From contig CAVSGI010000020.1 of the NCBI GenBank assembly GCA_963727445.1, forward strand, positions 64,001 through 128,000: a DNA stretch of 64,000 nucleotides. Reading direction: 5' to 3'. The stretch comes from an uncultured delta proteobacterium (lineage in GTDB: Bacteria > Myxococcota_A > Polyangia > Polyangiales > B10-G4). This document shows positions 10,195 to 20,038 of this stretch, one piece after another. The translations under genes and the position numbers were made by a program. A model generated the notes under the pieces. That model ran no database searches. It had not been told where the DNA came from and saw only the letters and a list, made by a program, of their open reading frames with translations. Position 1 is the stretch's first letter, and each line of letters starts with the position of its first letter.

Positions 10195-10665
10195 ATGTCA
10201 ACGCGCAAGCTCATCGAAGAGACGCGCCTTGGACTGGCAACCGAGATCAAACTTCCACATCAGGCTGCCGCCCTCGGCATGAACCTGTACCGTCTGATCT
10301 ATGAGCTCGGGTGCGAGGATGACGCGGTGGTGGCTTCGCTCATATCCGCGTTCAAAACGCGATTGCGCGACATGGGATTCGAGAACCTCGTCTCTCACCA
10401 AATGCGTTATGCGATCCGGCTCGCAGACTCCGACGGGCAGCTCCGCTACGAAGAGCTACACAAGCTCCTCTCCCTTTGTGACGAGACATTCGGGCTGAGG
10501 AAGCTGGGGCTTGCCGAAGAACCGGACGTTCGCGATGTGTTCGAGTCGGCGGTTCGGCGTCGCTTGCGTGTTCAACGAGCCGACGCCGTACTGGTCGCCG
10601 AGGACAGGATCACGAATAGCAACCGCCGCAGGTGGTGGTACCAGGAGCTCGTCGGAGCCAGCTGA
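10195..10665 (+). CDS. Probable immunity protein of cassette 1
   Basis: ATG 2 nt after the tip stop; 156 aa MSTRKLIEETRLG...WWYQELVGAS. Confidence 0.75.
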   Translation: MSTRKLIEETRLGLATEIKLPHQAAALGMNLYRLIYELGCEDDAVVASLISAFKTRLRDMGFENLVSHQMRYAIRLADSDGQLRYEELHKLLSLCDETFGLRKLGLAEEPDVRDVFESAVRRRLRVQRADAVLVAEDRITNSNRRRWWYQELVGAS

Positions 10666-10683
10666 GACGTAGGGGGACGACGA

Positions 10684-11158
10684 ATGGGGACGGATCTCGG
10701 AAACTCGGTTTCGGCGCCCGCTAGGTTCCAACCGATGACCTCGACACGAATCAAGCGACACGAGGTGCCACAAGCGCTGCGCGCCATCGTCGCCGGCACC
10801 CTGGTCGCGACGGGCTTCGCCGGCACCTGCGACGCGGGCGTCGCCCTCGCGCACGACGAGATCGAGGCGCTCGAGGTCGGCAATCGTGCGGTGACAGCGG
10901 CGATGCTCGACGAAGACGCGCCGGTGTACGAGACGCGCGTCCGACCCGATTGGCAGGTCGTCGATCTCGAGGTCGCGGGCACGGGCGAAGACGGAAAGCG
11001 CAAGGTCGTCGCGCTCACCGTCCTCCGGCCGCCCGGCTGGCTCCACGCCGAGGACCCGGACGGCGACGGCGCCTTCCCCCTGGACCTCCCCGAGCTCCGC
11101 CTCCGCGGCCTCGCCCACGTCATCCAGGTCCGCGGCCCGCCCACGCTCGCCGCGGGAC
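10684..11158 (+). pseudogene. Truncated orphan Hint cassette 2
   Basis: Same leader MGTDL(G/E)NSVSAPARF... and the first half of the Hint domain; homology stops at PPTLAAG. Confidence 0.85.
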
Positions 11159-11166
11159 GGGAAGAA

Positions 11167-11192
11167 GGGGACGGTCCGAATTTCCGTAACGC
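11167..11192 (+). repeat. Solo variant of the 33-nt array unit
   Basis: GGGGACGGTCCGAATTTCCGTAACGC, 8 nt after the cassette-2 breakpoint. Confidence 0.9.
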
Positions 11193-11239
11193 CATGCCCC
11201 AGGAGTCGCCAAGAAGCCCCACCGCCGCAAACCCTCAGC

Positions 11240-12007
11240 TCAGGTCTCGGGTGCCGTCCAGATCAGCGTACGGCCGTCGTCGGGCTTGGGTCGATGCACG
11301 CAGTTGCGCCGATCCTCGGAACGACACGTCTCGTTGTCACGAAACCACGCGGGAAGTCCGAACGGCAGATCGGCCGCCGGGATCGGCGCGTAGTCCCCAT
11401 CTCGGAACTCCTCGAGGCTGTAGTTCCACGCGCGCGGCACGCCGTCGGGATCGGGCGTCACCTCCTTGCGGAGCGAGGTGACCGCCGAACGCCATTGCGA
11501 ACGGAGCCGCGCGTGGTCGTGACTCGCGGGATGCAGGATCTTCACATAACGCTGTTGGTCGCGACCCGGCCACAGATCGAGCGCCTGATGGGCGATGCGA
11601 CCGAACGCGACGACCGCCTCGACCTTCGATCCGCGCGCGAGATCGTAGAGCGCGTTGCGCCACGCCATGTGTTCCGGGTCGTTCAGCATCGACCAGGACG
11701 CACCCTGTTGGCTCGGAAAGAGCCCGTAGACGAAGGCGTTCAAACACAGATAGCTACGTGTCAGCCCGAGCTTCTTCAGAAAGGCCTGCACCCGCTGCCC
11801 CGAATCGCCGACCAGGCACCGACCCGCGATCCGCTCCGTCGGCCCCGGATCGGACGCGATGACCAGCACCCGCGCCGACCCGTCGAGCCGCCCCCGATAA
11901 AACACGGGCCCCCAGCTGTACCAGAACCGCTCCGCGTACTTCCCGTAGTCCGGCACCTGCGCGAAGAGCTGCTCGAACGCTGGCGGCGGTCCTGGGTCGT
12001 GGGCCAT
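11240..12007 (-). CDS. Uracil-DNA glycosylase superfamily protein
   Basis: RGRLDGSARVLVIASDPGPTE...LVGDSGQRV...VVAFGRIA...ILHPAS resemble UDG-superfamily motifs. Confidence 0.75.
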   Translation of the reverse strand: MAHDPGPPPAFEQLFAQVPDYGKYAERFWYSWGPVFYRGRLDGSARVLVIASDPGPTERIAGRCLVGDSGQRVQAFLKKLGLTRSYLCLNAFVYGLFPSQQGASWSMLNDPEHMAWRNALYDLARGSKVEAVVAFGRIAHQALDLWPGRDQQRYVKILHPASHDHARLRSQWRSAVTSLRKEVTPDPDGVPRAWNYSLEEFRDGDYAPIPAADLPFGLPAWFRDNETCRSEDRRNCVHRPKPDDGRTLIWTAPET

Positions 12008-12229
12008 CGAATCCCCTACACGACGCGGACCTTACCGCATGAAGGGTGCAGCCGTCAGCGCCTTCATGGCCCCGCCCAGTCCCCGATGAACACGTTTCCC
12101 GCCGCGTCCCGGTACGTGAAGAGCAGGAACAGGTTGATCGACCCGTCGGCAGACGCGTCGTAGCAGTCGGATGTGCAGGCATCGGCGTCGACGCGGTTGC
12201 CGTCGTCGCCGATGCTCGTACAGTCGTCG

Positions 12230-12289
12230 GGCGAGGACGCCGCCCTCGAGGAAGCGCCGGAGCTCGGCCTCGACGAAAGCCGGGACACC
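12230..12289 (-). pseudogene. IS91-like transposase Zn-binding domain fragment
   Basis: Translates GVPAFVEAELRRFLEGGVLA; overlaps in sequence with the fragment at 49278-49380. Confidence 0.6.
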
Positions 12290-12360
12290 GACGCCGCTAG
12301 TGCCTGGTCCACAACCAGCGAGCCGATACAGGCGCGCGCAGAATCGAATCGAGTCGCAGC

Positions 12361-13983
12361 TCAGGGTGCAACGGGGCCGAGCGGCGTGCCGGGCGGGGCC
12401 CAGGCGACGAGGACGTCGGCGTCCGTCGTGAGCCCGAGGACGCGGAGCGACTGCGGCGACAAATCGATGAGGCGACCGGTGCGGGTGTTGGGACCCCAGT
12501 CCACCGGCCGCACGACGATGGTGGCGCCGGTGTTCGGGTTGCGGACCACCAGCTTGGCGCTCCGGAGCCAGGAGACGCCCTGGGGCGCGTAGTTCCAGCG
12601 CATGGCGCAGAAGTAGTAGTCGTCCGGATGGCTCGCGGCTTCGGACGGGGAGGGGTTCATCGGCGAGTTGAGGCTGCGCAGGCGCTCGCCGGTGACGGCG
12701 CCGGTCTCGGTGCTGCTCACGCCCGTGTCGTCGGGACCGCCGAACCAGCTGATGCTGCCGCGCACCCAAGACACGCCGCCGTCGCCGACGACGGTGCCCT
12801 CTGGCTCGGTGGACACACCGAGGGCGCGCTCCAGCGTCGGATTCGCGAGCCCCGCGCGCGGGATGGACATCCCGTCGAGGTCGAGGCCTGCGTAGGGGAA
12901 CGAGGTCGAGGGCGTCGGCGGCGCTTCTGCCGGCATTGGCAGGGGCTCGGAGCCGGCGTCCGAGCCGCGGGGGCCGCAGTCGCTACAGTCGGTGCCGAGG
13001 GCGCACACCGAGTAGAGCGCGCCGGAGCCTCCGTCGTCGCACTCGCCGTCGCCGGCCCAGCGACAGGTGTCTTCGCAGCCGGCCGTGGTGTCACCGGTCG
13101 TGTCGGGCGCAGGTGCAGGCGCCGGGTCGCTGCCGGTACCGCGGCTGCCGCAGTCCATGCAGTCGGTGCCGTACTCGCAGAGCGACCAGTCCGAGTCGGG
13201 CCCACCGTCGTCGCACTCGCCGTCGCCGAAGTAGGGGCAGGTGTTGGTGCAGCCGGCGGTGTCGGTGCTGGTGTCGGTCCCGATGCCAGGGTCGGTCCCG
13301 CTGCTCGTCCCGGTGTCGGTCCCGGCGCTATCGGCGGGCGAGTCCACCGGCGCCGACGAGCCAGAGTCGGCGAACCACGGCGTCGCCATCGCCGCACCGT
13401 CGGTGCTCAGCTCGATGTGGATGTGGTCGTGGTGGGGGTGAGGGCCGCCGTACGCGCAATCCTTGCGGCCGCTGTAGCTGATGTTCCACTTGGTGCGATC
13501 CCAGATGAAGAACTGCACCCCGATCTCGGTCGCGTGATCGATGAGCCAGTTGGCGACGGGATCGCCGAGGTCGTTGTCGGCGTCTCCACCGCTCAGGGGG
13601 ATGAAGAGGTCAATCGCGCGCCCCGTGCCGTGCATCGAGAGCTCGGAGCGATTGGCGGTGTTCGGACGGCAGGCGTAGCCGTCGAAGCGCGTCGCCGCGA
13701 AGTTCGCGACCAGGTAGTTGCCGAGGGTGCTCGCGCCCTCCGAGAAGGTGCCGCTGCAGCTCGCGCCGCCGTTGTAGGGGCCAGCGCCCTCGTAGGTTCC
13801 GCTCTGCGCTTCGCCCGAGGCCCGCGCTTCGTCCGACGGGATGTAGCGCCCGTCGCGGGACAGCGGCGCCGCGTCCGCGTGCTTGTAGGGATCGTCGCCC
13901 TCCACCTCGTGGTCGGCTGGGAGCGCTGCGCAGCCACCGAGGAGCACGATGGATGTCGCGAGAGCGAAGAGGGGTCGAAGCAT
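12361..13983 (-). CDS. Lipoprotein with M15-like Zn peptidase domain, Cys-rich repeats and C-terminal DPBB/RlpA-like domain
   Basis: Start MLRPLFALATSIVLLGGC; SMHGTGRAIDL...HHDHIH; two CxxTCxxxxDGECDDGG repeats; VVRPVDWGP...RLIDLSP. Confidence 0.75.
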   Translation of the reverse strand: MLRPLFALATSIVLLGGCAALPADHEVEGDDPYKHADAAPLSRDGRYIPSDEARASGEAQSGTYEGAGPYNGGASCSGTFSEGASTLGNYLVANFAATRFDGYACRPNTANRSELSMHGTGRAIDLFIPLSGGDADNDLGDPVANWLIDHATEIGVQFFIWDRTKWNISYSGRKDCAYGGPHPHHDHIHIELSTDGAAMATPWFADSGSSAPVDSPADSAGTDTGTSSGTDPGIGTDTSTDTAGCTNTCPYFGDGECDDGGPDSDWSLCEYGTDCMDCGSRGTGSDPAPAPAPDTTGDTTAGCEDTCRWAGDGECDDGGSGALYSVCALGTDCSDCGPRGSDAGSEPLPMPAEAPPTPSTSFPYAGLDLDGMSIPRAGLANPTLERALGVSTEPEGTVVGDGGVSWVRGSISWFGGPDDTGVSSTETGAVTGERLRSLNSPMNPSPSEAASHPDDYYFCAMRWNYAPQGVSWLRSAKLVVRNPNTGATIVVRPVDWGPNTRTGRLIDLSPQSLRVLGLTTDADVLVAWAPPGTPLGPVAP

Positions 13984-14043
13984 CGAGGGACCTTTCCGGG
14001 GGGGTCTGTCGTTCCCGGCGGGAGTGCCGTGCCTCGTCCCATC

Positions 14044-14058
14044 GCAAAGCAGATGCCA
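14044..14058 (-). promoter_or_regulatory. Sigma54-type promoter
   Basis: TGGCAT-CTGCT-TTGC, about 60 nt upstream of ATG 13983. Confidence 0.65.
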
Positions 14059-14205
14059 TTTGGGGGCGGCGCCCCTCGATCGCACAACCGCTGGCGATCC
14101 GAGACGCCACCTGTCACCTCGATGTTCGGGGGCCGGGGACCACGTGCCCCGAACGGAGCATTAAGTGTGGTCCGTCAGCGCGTGGTCACGCGCCCCCGGT
14201 GAGCG

Positions 14206-14847
14206 TCACTCGGCGCGCGACGTCGGCCGATTAAGAGCGCGACGCTCCGCCTCGACCGCGGCTCGAAAGTGACAGCCATCGAGGTGATCGTTGACCAGGC
14301 CCATGGCCTGCATGAACGCGTAGGCCGTGGTGGGACCGACGAAGGTCCAGCCGCGCCGCTTGAGGTCCGCGGAGAGCCGCGCCGACGCCTCCGTCTGCGA
14401 GAGCTCGCGCATCACGGCGTAGGTCAGCTTCTTCGGCCGCGCGCGCGGCGCGGGCTCGAACTGCCAGAAATGCGCGGCGAGAGAGCCGTGCTCGTCGGCG
14501 AGCTCGCGCGCGCGCTTGGCGTTGTTGATCGCCGATTCGATCTTGCCCCGGTGACGGACGATTCCCTCGTCGCGGAGCAGCCGCTCGACGCTCCGCCGGT
14601 TGAAGCGGGCCACCCGCTCGAAGTCGAAGTCGGCGAACGCCTCGCGGAACGCGGGGCGCTTGCGCAGGATCGTCAGCCAGCTGAGGCCGGACTGGAACCC
14701 CTCGAGGCAGATCTTCTCGAAGAGCCGGGCGTCGTCGGTGACGGGTCGCCCCCACTCGTGGTCGTGGTAGGCGCGATAGTCCTCGCGCTCACCCGGCCAC
14801 CAACAGCGGGTGAGACCATCCGAGCCCCGGGTCAGGCCCTTCGCCAA
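14206..14847 (-). CDS. tag: DNA-3-methyladenine glycosylase I
   Basis: RCWW...YHDHEWG...LFEKICLEGFQSGLSWLTIL...FVGPTTAYAFMQAMGLVNDH..C. Confidence 0.95.
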   Translation of the reverse strand: MAKGLTRGSDGLTRCWWPGEREDYRAYHDHEWGRPVTDDARLFEKICLEGFQSGLSWLTILRKRPAFREAFADFDFERVARFNRRSVERLLRDEGIVRHRGKIESAINNAKRARELADEHGSLAAHFWQFEPAPRARPKKLTYAVMRELSQTEASARLSADLKRRGWTFVGPTTAYAFMQAMGLVNDHLDGCHFRAAVEAERRALNRPTSRAE

Positions 14848-14856
14848 GCGAAGTGC

Positions 14857-14991
14857 TCAGCCCTTCTTGGCGGGCTTCTTCTCGGGCGCTTTCTTCCCCT
14901 CGGCGTCCTGCTTTTCGCGCCACTTCTCGAGCTTCTTGGTGGCACGCCGCTTCTGCTTGTTGCGCTGGGGTGAGTCCTGTTTGCTGGCCAT
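14857..14991 (-). CDS. 44-aa basic small protein
   Basis: MASKQDSPQRNKQKRRATKKLEKWREKQDAEGKKAPEKKPAKKG; GC-rich third positions; stop 9 nt before tag. Confidence 0.65.
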   Translation of the reverse strand: MASKQDSPQRNKQKRRATKKLEKWREKQDAEGKKAPEKKPAKKG

Positions 14992-15031
14992 GGCGCGGAC
15001 CTTAGCTCAGCCCAAGAACCCGTGCACGTGG

Positions 15032-16290
15032 CTACTCGACGCGGCTGAGCCTCAGGACCCGGCCGTCGCCCTGGTCGAGGATCCAGACGTTTCCGTCGCC
15101 GTCCGCGGCCACGCTCGTCGGGTTGGTCAGGCCACCGACCACGCGCTGCTGGGTGGCATCGTCCCTCAGGGCGACCAGCTCGCCGCCCCCGAGGAGCGCG
15201 ACCAGCATCACGGTGCCGAAGGGCATGTCGCCGTCGAAGGTGGCCGAGACCGGCTCTGCGAGAATCCTGGGCCCACGGCAGCGGCGAGTCCCAGGGCTCG
15301 AGGGCGAGGGTGAATCCATCGGAGCCGATGCCATCCGAGCCGGCGGAGAAGAGCACCAGCTTCGCGGGGAGGAAGCGGCTCGGGCAGACGGCGAGGAAGA
15401 AGCCCTCGGCGGGGGTGGGCAGACCGTCCGCCTCGGTGAGCATCACCTCGGTGCTTCCGTCGGGCATGACCTTCATCGATCCCCACGTCCTGCGCGTGGA
15501 TGTAGACGTAGCTGCCGTAGCGAACGACGCCGTTGCACGCGCCCGCGCGGACGAGGGAGATCGCGCCGCCGGGAAGGATCGAGTAGAGGCCCCCGCCGGC
15601 CCCCGCGACGCAGGCGTAGATCTGCTCGTCGTATCCGTCGCCGGAGACGAGCTGCGCCTGCGCGAGGCGCCCGTCGCCGGGCAGGGTGCCGCTCAGGGGA
15701 ACGGGGACGAGCGACCCGCTCGATCCGTCGAGGAGCTCGAAAGGATCGCCGGCGACGACCAGCGGCCCGGGACCGAAGCCGCTGTCGGAGTGCGCCATGA
15801 GCAACGTCGCGCTGCGACCCATCAGGCCGACGTCGCCCGGCAGCGGGGCGTCGAGGCTCAGCCCGTCGGCGACTTCGTATTGAACGCCGTCCACATCGAC
15901 GAGCGCGGTCGGGCCGGCCTCGACGAGATAGCGCAGGTCGCCACCCATCGCGGGCGCGTCCGAGTCGAGGATGAGCATCCGGCCGTCGCGTACGTCCATC
16001 CCGGCCGAAAGCTCGATCACCACCGGCTCGCCGTCCGGCGCCGTGACCTCGAGCTCGTGCTGCCCGTTCAGACGGCCGGGCTCGGCCGAGATCGTCAGGA
16101 CGCGACCGAAGATCGCCGCCTCGGGAGGCTCGATGGTGACCTCGATGCGAAGCGTCTCCCCCTGAAGCATCGAGGTGCCATCGAGGGCGCGTACTTCGAC
16201 CTGCGCGATGGGGGGCGCGAGCTCATAGCCCACGCGCCCGCAGGATGCGGTGGCGAAAATGCAGACGAGTAACGAGGCACGCCTCAGCAA
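15032..16290 (-). CDS. Lipoprotein with beta-propeller/NHL-like C-terminus (frameshifted)
   Basis: Lipobox ASCGRVGY; pieces in ORFs 15208-16290, 14832-15476 and 15032-15334 (GLTNPTSVAADGDGNVWILDQG). Confidence 0.6.
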
Positions 16291-16372
16291 ACGAAACCTC
16301 CCATTTCTGAGACGGTTTCAGTCTACTTCACGAACTGTGTAGGTGGGGGTGCGAGGCCCGACGATTTTCGAA

Positions 16373-17617
16373 TCAGTGGGCTGCGCCGCCGCCCGCGGCC
16401 TGCTGCTGCTGCTGGATCTGCTGCTGGATCTGCTGCATCACCTCGGGCGGGATCTGACCGCCGCCCGGACCGCCGGGGGGGCCGCCGGGGTGTCCGCCCG
16501 GCATGCCCGGCATGCCCGTGGGCGGCGCCTGGGCTGCTTCGCCTTCTTCACCGGGCTCGGGCGTCTGGAAGTCCTCGAGGCTCGCGTCCATGCGATCGGC
16601 GAGGTAACTCGATACCAGATAGATCACCGGGTCGCCGTCACGCATCAGATAGAAGGTGTTCGACTCGTCGGGGTGCTGGTTGCCGAGGCGCAGGACGATC
16701 TCCTGTGGAGGCGCGGCGGGCTCGTCTTCTTCTTCGCCCTCTTCTTCGCCCTCTTCCTCTTCGCTCTCCCCTTCCGCTTCGTCTTCCTCTTCGTCGCTCT
16801 CGCGCACGTAGAGCGTCACGACCTTGGCTTCTTCGCCGAGACCTGCGGCCTCGGGCGTGATCTCCTCCGGCGCGAAGTCGGTGGCGCGCATGCGGGCGAG
16901 GCTCGAGACCGTCGACTGCACCCGGCTCGCACCGAAGCGCTCGATGGGCGTCTCGCCCGACGCCTGCTCCCACTCCGAGTCTTCGTTGCGCTCGAAGCGC
17001 CAGTCGCCGCTCTCGGTGTGGAAGTTGATCGCGACCACGTCCGCGGGCGGAACGTCCACCACGCGGCGGTTACGCCAGTCCTTCACATCCTTGTTGAAGG
17101 CGAACTTCAGCGAGCCCTCCGCGGCGGCGACGCGATCCTCGCCCTCGGGGCGGATCATCGTGGCGCGGTTGCCGTAGGTGCCGAAGATCAGGTTGGCGAG
17201 CTCGTTGCCCCCGCCCCGGGCGATCACGCGGATCCCCGTCTCGGGGGTCACCTGAAGGCGCTCGTGGTTGGCGGCGTTGGTGGCGGCGACACGCACCATC
17301 GTCATCTCGTCGAGCTTGTCGAGGGCGGTGTTCACCGTCGTCATGTCGGCGGGCGCCTGCACGGGCTCCACGACCCGCCACTCGTCGTCCGACACCTTGG
17401 TCAATCGGACGACGGGCGTGTCGGGGCGGTGGATCTCGAGCTCGTCGATCTCCTCCTTATCGAGGTCGGGGAGAAGCTCGGGCATCTCCTCGGCCTCGGT
17501 GGTGTGCGCGTCTTCGCCGGTCTGTTCTTCCTGGCGCTGTGACGCCCACACCGCGATGCCGATGATCACGACGAGGACGATGGCGCCGATGGCCAAGCGA
17601 TTCTTCTGCCAGTCCAT
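16373..17617 (-). CDS. DUF4340-type protein
   Basis: N-terminal TM; WRVVEPVQAPAD...; last gene of a Gld-like ABC operon. Confidence 0.75.
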   Translation of the reverse strand: MDWQKNRLAIGAIVLVVIIGIAVWASQRQEEQTGEDAHTTEAEEMPELLPDLDKEEIDELEIHRPDTPVVRLTKVSDDEWRVVEPVQAPADMTTVNTALDKLDEMTMVRVAATNAANHERLQVTPETGIRVIARGGGNELANLIFGTYGNRATMIRPEGEDRVAAAEGSLKFAFNKDVKDWRNRRVVDVPPADVVAINFHTESGDWRFERNEDSEWEQASGETPIERFGASRVQSTVSSLARMRATDFAPEEITPEAAGLGEEAKVVTLYVRESDEEEDEAEGESEEEEGEEEGEEEDEPAAPPQEIVLRLGNQHPDESNTFYLMRDGDPVIYLVSSYLADRMDASLEDFQTPEPGEEGEAAQAPPTGMPGMPGGHPGGPPGGPGGGQIPPEVMQQIQQQIQQQQQAAGGGAAH

Positions 17618-17626
17618 GGTCGGCTC

Positions 17627-19318
17627 CTAGAGTTTCAGGGACTTGCGGCGGGCGAGACGCATGCGCCAGCGCACGACGCCGAAGAGGGCGAAGAGGAAGG
17701 GAGCGCCGAGGATGTTGCCCCAGCGGTACTCGGACTGCTTGACCTCCCACTCCTCGCGAGCGGCCTTGGCGCGCTCGACGGCGGCGTCACGGTCGGCGAC
17801 GGCGTTGTCGAGGCTCTCCTGGTCGCCCTCGGTGAGGGCTTCGACCGCGTCGCGGGTGGCGTCGAGGGCTTCGTCCTCGGCCTGCTCCACGTTTTCGGGC
17901 ACGCGGATGGGCGGGTCGGAGACCTGCTTGGCGCGCACCGCGATGAGGTCCGAGTCCTGGGCGAGCCAGTCGAGGGAGTTCAGCGCCACCGCGACGCTGC
18001 CCACCATCGGGCACTGACCCTCGCGCGCGATCTGGCTGAGGATCTCGTCCCGAATCATGAAGCTCGAGCCCGAGACCAGAACGCGCGTTTCGTCAGCGCT
18101 GGTCTTGTCGTCCTCGAAGGCGCTGTCGAGGGTGCCTTCCACCGCCGCCATGAGCGGGAAGGGCCCCTCGGCGCGCGGCTGCCAACCACCGGCGAGGTTG
18201 ATGCTGTCGCCGGTCTCGACCCACGACTCCTCGCTCGAGCGCGCGATGATGGTCGCCCCGGAGGCGCCCTCGGTGAGCTCGAGGGGCGAGGTGAAGGGCA
18301 TCCAGGTGTCCTCGAGGTTGTAGCTGATCGCCTGCTGCCGCTGCGCCTCGTCGAAAGCGACGATGATGATCGGCGGCTGGGGCGCACGGCGGATGCCGCC
18401 GCGCGGGTCGCGCATGGGCACCACCAGGCACTGGCGGTCGAGCACGATACCGTCGTTCATCACCACGCCGTAGGAGCGAAGGAGGCTGTTGAGATTGCTG
18501 TCGAGCGGCTGCGCCACCGGCGACTGGGTCTCGAGGTCGAGCTTGAAGCCGCCGCCCCAGACCCCGAGCGAGCCGCCGTCCATGACGAAGTCGTCGATGT
18601 GTCGCAGCTCGTCCTCGGAGAAAGGCGTCTCGGGGCCGACGACCATGACCGCCGCCATCTCGTCGCTCAGGTCCTCGCTCGCCGACACCTCTTGGAAGTC
18701 GTACAGGGGTGCGCAGCTCCGGATGGCGCTCAGGCCCTCCTCGAGGCTCGGACCCTCGTGGCCGCTGATGATGCCGATGGTGCGGCGCTCGCCGACCAGC
18801 TTCTTGAGCGCCATGGTGATCGCGTACTCGAGGCCGGAGGTGTCCTGGATGACCGGGATCACCTCGGTCCGGTCGAGGTACTTCATGACCAGGCCGCGAT
18901 AGCCCTCGACCACCTGGGCGCCGTCGGGGCTGATGGCCTCGTGGCGGACGGCCTGGACGCCGTCGTTCTGCGCCTGCTCCTTCTCGCTCTCGGTGTCCGG
19001 GCTGACGAAGGTCACGACCATCTTGCCCTCGGCCGCCGACTGATACTCGGCGAGGATGTCGCGGACGTAGCGCTCGGTGGCGTTGAAGGGCGGCGGCAGG
19101 TCCTCGCTGAAGTACGCCGTGACCGTCAGCTGATCGGTCAGGCTCCGGGCGAGGCGCTTGGTTCCGCTCGACAGCGTGTAGACGTTGTCTTCCGTGAGGT
19201 CGAGGCGGACGGGGGGAAGGAGCGCGAAGACCACGTTGAAGCCGATCAGGATCGCTGCGGTGACGAGCAGGAAGCTGATCGACTCGGTGGCGGCGCGGGT
19301 GCGTTGATTACTCGCCAT
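17627..19318 (-). CDS. GldG-like ABC auxiliary component
   Basis: RLDLTEDNVYTLSSGTK...TAYFSEDLP...LEYAIT...SGHEGP; C-terminal TM. Confidence 0.85.
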   Translation of the reverse strand: MASNQRTRAATESISFLLVTAAILIGFNVVFALLPPVRLDLTEDNVYTLSSGTKRLARSLTDQLTVTAYFSEDLPPPFNATERYVRDILAEYQSAAEGKMVVTFVSPDTESEKEQAQNDGVQAVRHEAISPDGAQVVEGYRGLVMKYLDRTEVIPVIQDTSGLEYAITMALKKLVGERRTIGIISGHEGPSLEEGLSAIRSCAPLYDFQEVSASEDLSDEMAAVMVVGPETPFSEDELRHIDDFVMDGGSLGVWGGGFKLDLETQSPVAQPLDSNLNSLLRSYGVVMNDGIVLDRQCLVVPMRDPRGGIRRAPQPPIIIVAFDEAQRQQAISYNLEDTWMPFTSPLELTEGASGATIIARSSEESWVETGDSINLAGGWQPRAEGPFPLMAAVEGTLDSAFEDDKTSADETRVLVSGSSFMIRDEILSQIAREGQCPMVGSVAVALNSLDWLAQDSDLIAVRAKQVSDPPIRVPENVEQAEDEALDATRDAVEALTEGDQESLDNAVADRDAAVERAKAAREEWEVKQSEYRWGNILGAPFLFALFGVVRWRMRLARRKSLKL

Positions 19319-19321
19319 GGC

Positions 19322-20038
19322 TCAGCTCCACCGTCGGCTCTCGAGAGAGCGGAAAGCGATGAGGAGGGGGATCCCCGCCGCGGCCAGGAAGAAGGTGACG
19401 TCGCGCAGGTCGATCACGCCACGCGCCATGGAGGCGCGATGGAAGTCGAAGGACAGCCACTCGATCCCCGAGGCCCACGAGTCCGCTGCGCCGATGAGCG
19501 GCAGGATCTTGTCGATCACCGCGAAGACGAAGCAGAGCAGAAAGCCCAGGAAGAAGGCCTCGAGCTGGTTCGTGAAGAGGCTCGAGGCGAGCAAGCCGAT
19601 GGCGAGCATCGCCGCGCCCTGCAGGAACATGCCGATGTAGCCCGCCGTGACCTGACCCCAGTCGAGGGGACCGAGGCTCGCGACGCTCATCGGGTAGCTG
19701 AGGGTCAGCACCAGGAGCACGGCGTAGAGGCCGAGCACCCCGAGGAACTTACCGACGATGACCTCCCAGTCCCTCACCGGCATGGTCATCAACAGCTCGA
19801 TGGTGCCGCTGCGCCGGTCCTCGGCGATGAGCCCCATGGTGAGCGCGGGCGCGCCGAAGACCATGGCCCAGGTGAGCCACATCCACATGCCGCGGACGGT
19901 GGTGAGCTTGGCCAGGAAGAACTGCTGCCAGAAGAGGAACCCCGTCGCGAAGAGCACGACGAAGATCACCACGTAGGCCGTGGCGCCGTTGAAGTACGCC
20001 AGGAACTGGCGTTGGGCGATGCCGAGCGTGTTTTTCAC
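19322..20038 (-). CDS. GldF-like ABC-2 permease
   Basis: PALTMGLIAEDRRSGTIELLMTMPV...VGKFLG...RGVIDLRD. Confidence 0.9.
   Translation of the reverse strand: MKNTLGIAQRQFLAYFNGATAYVVIFVVLFATGFLFWQQFFLAKLTTVRGMWMWLTWAMVFGAPALTMGLIAEDRRSGTIELLMTMPVRDWEVIVGKFLGVLGLYAVLLVLTLSYPMSVASLGPLDWGQVTAGYIGMFLQGAAMLAIGLLASSLFTNQLEAFFLGFLLCFVFAVIDKILPLIGAADSWASGIEWLSFDFHRASMARGVIDLRDVTFFLAAAGIPLLIAFRSLESRRWS

Noticed and set aside
7623..11158. Diversity-generating retroelement TR/VR pair
   Set aside because: No reverse transcriptase in the window, and differences between Hint copies are not adenine-specific.
11240..14847. UDG-like gene + tag as a repair or defence module
   Set aside because: Separated by unrelated genes and scraps; no evidence of linkage.
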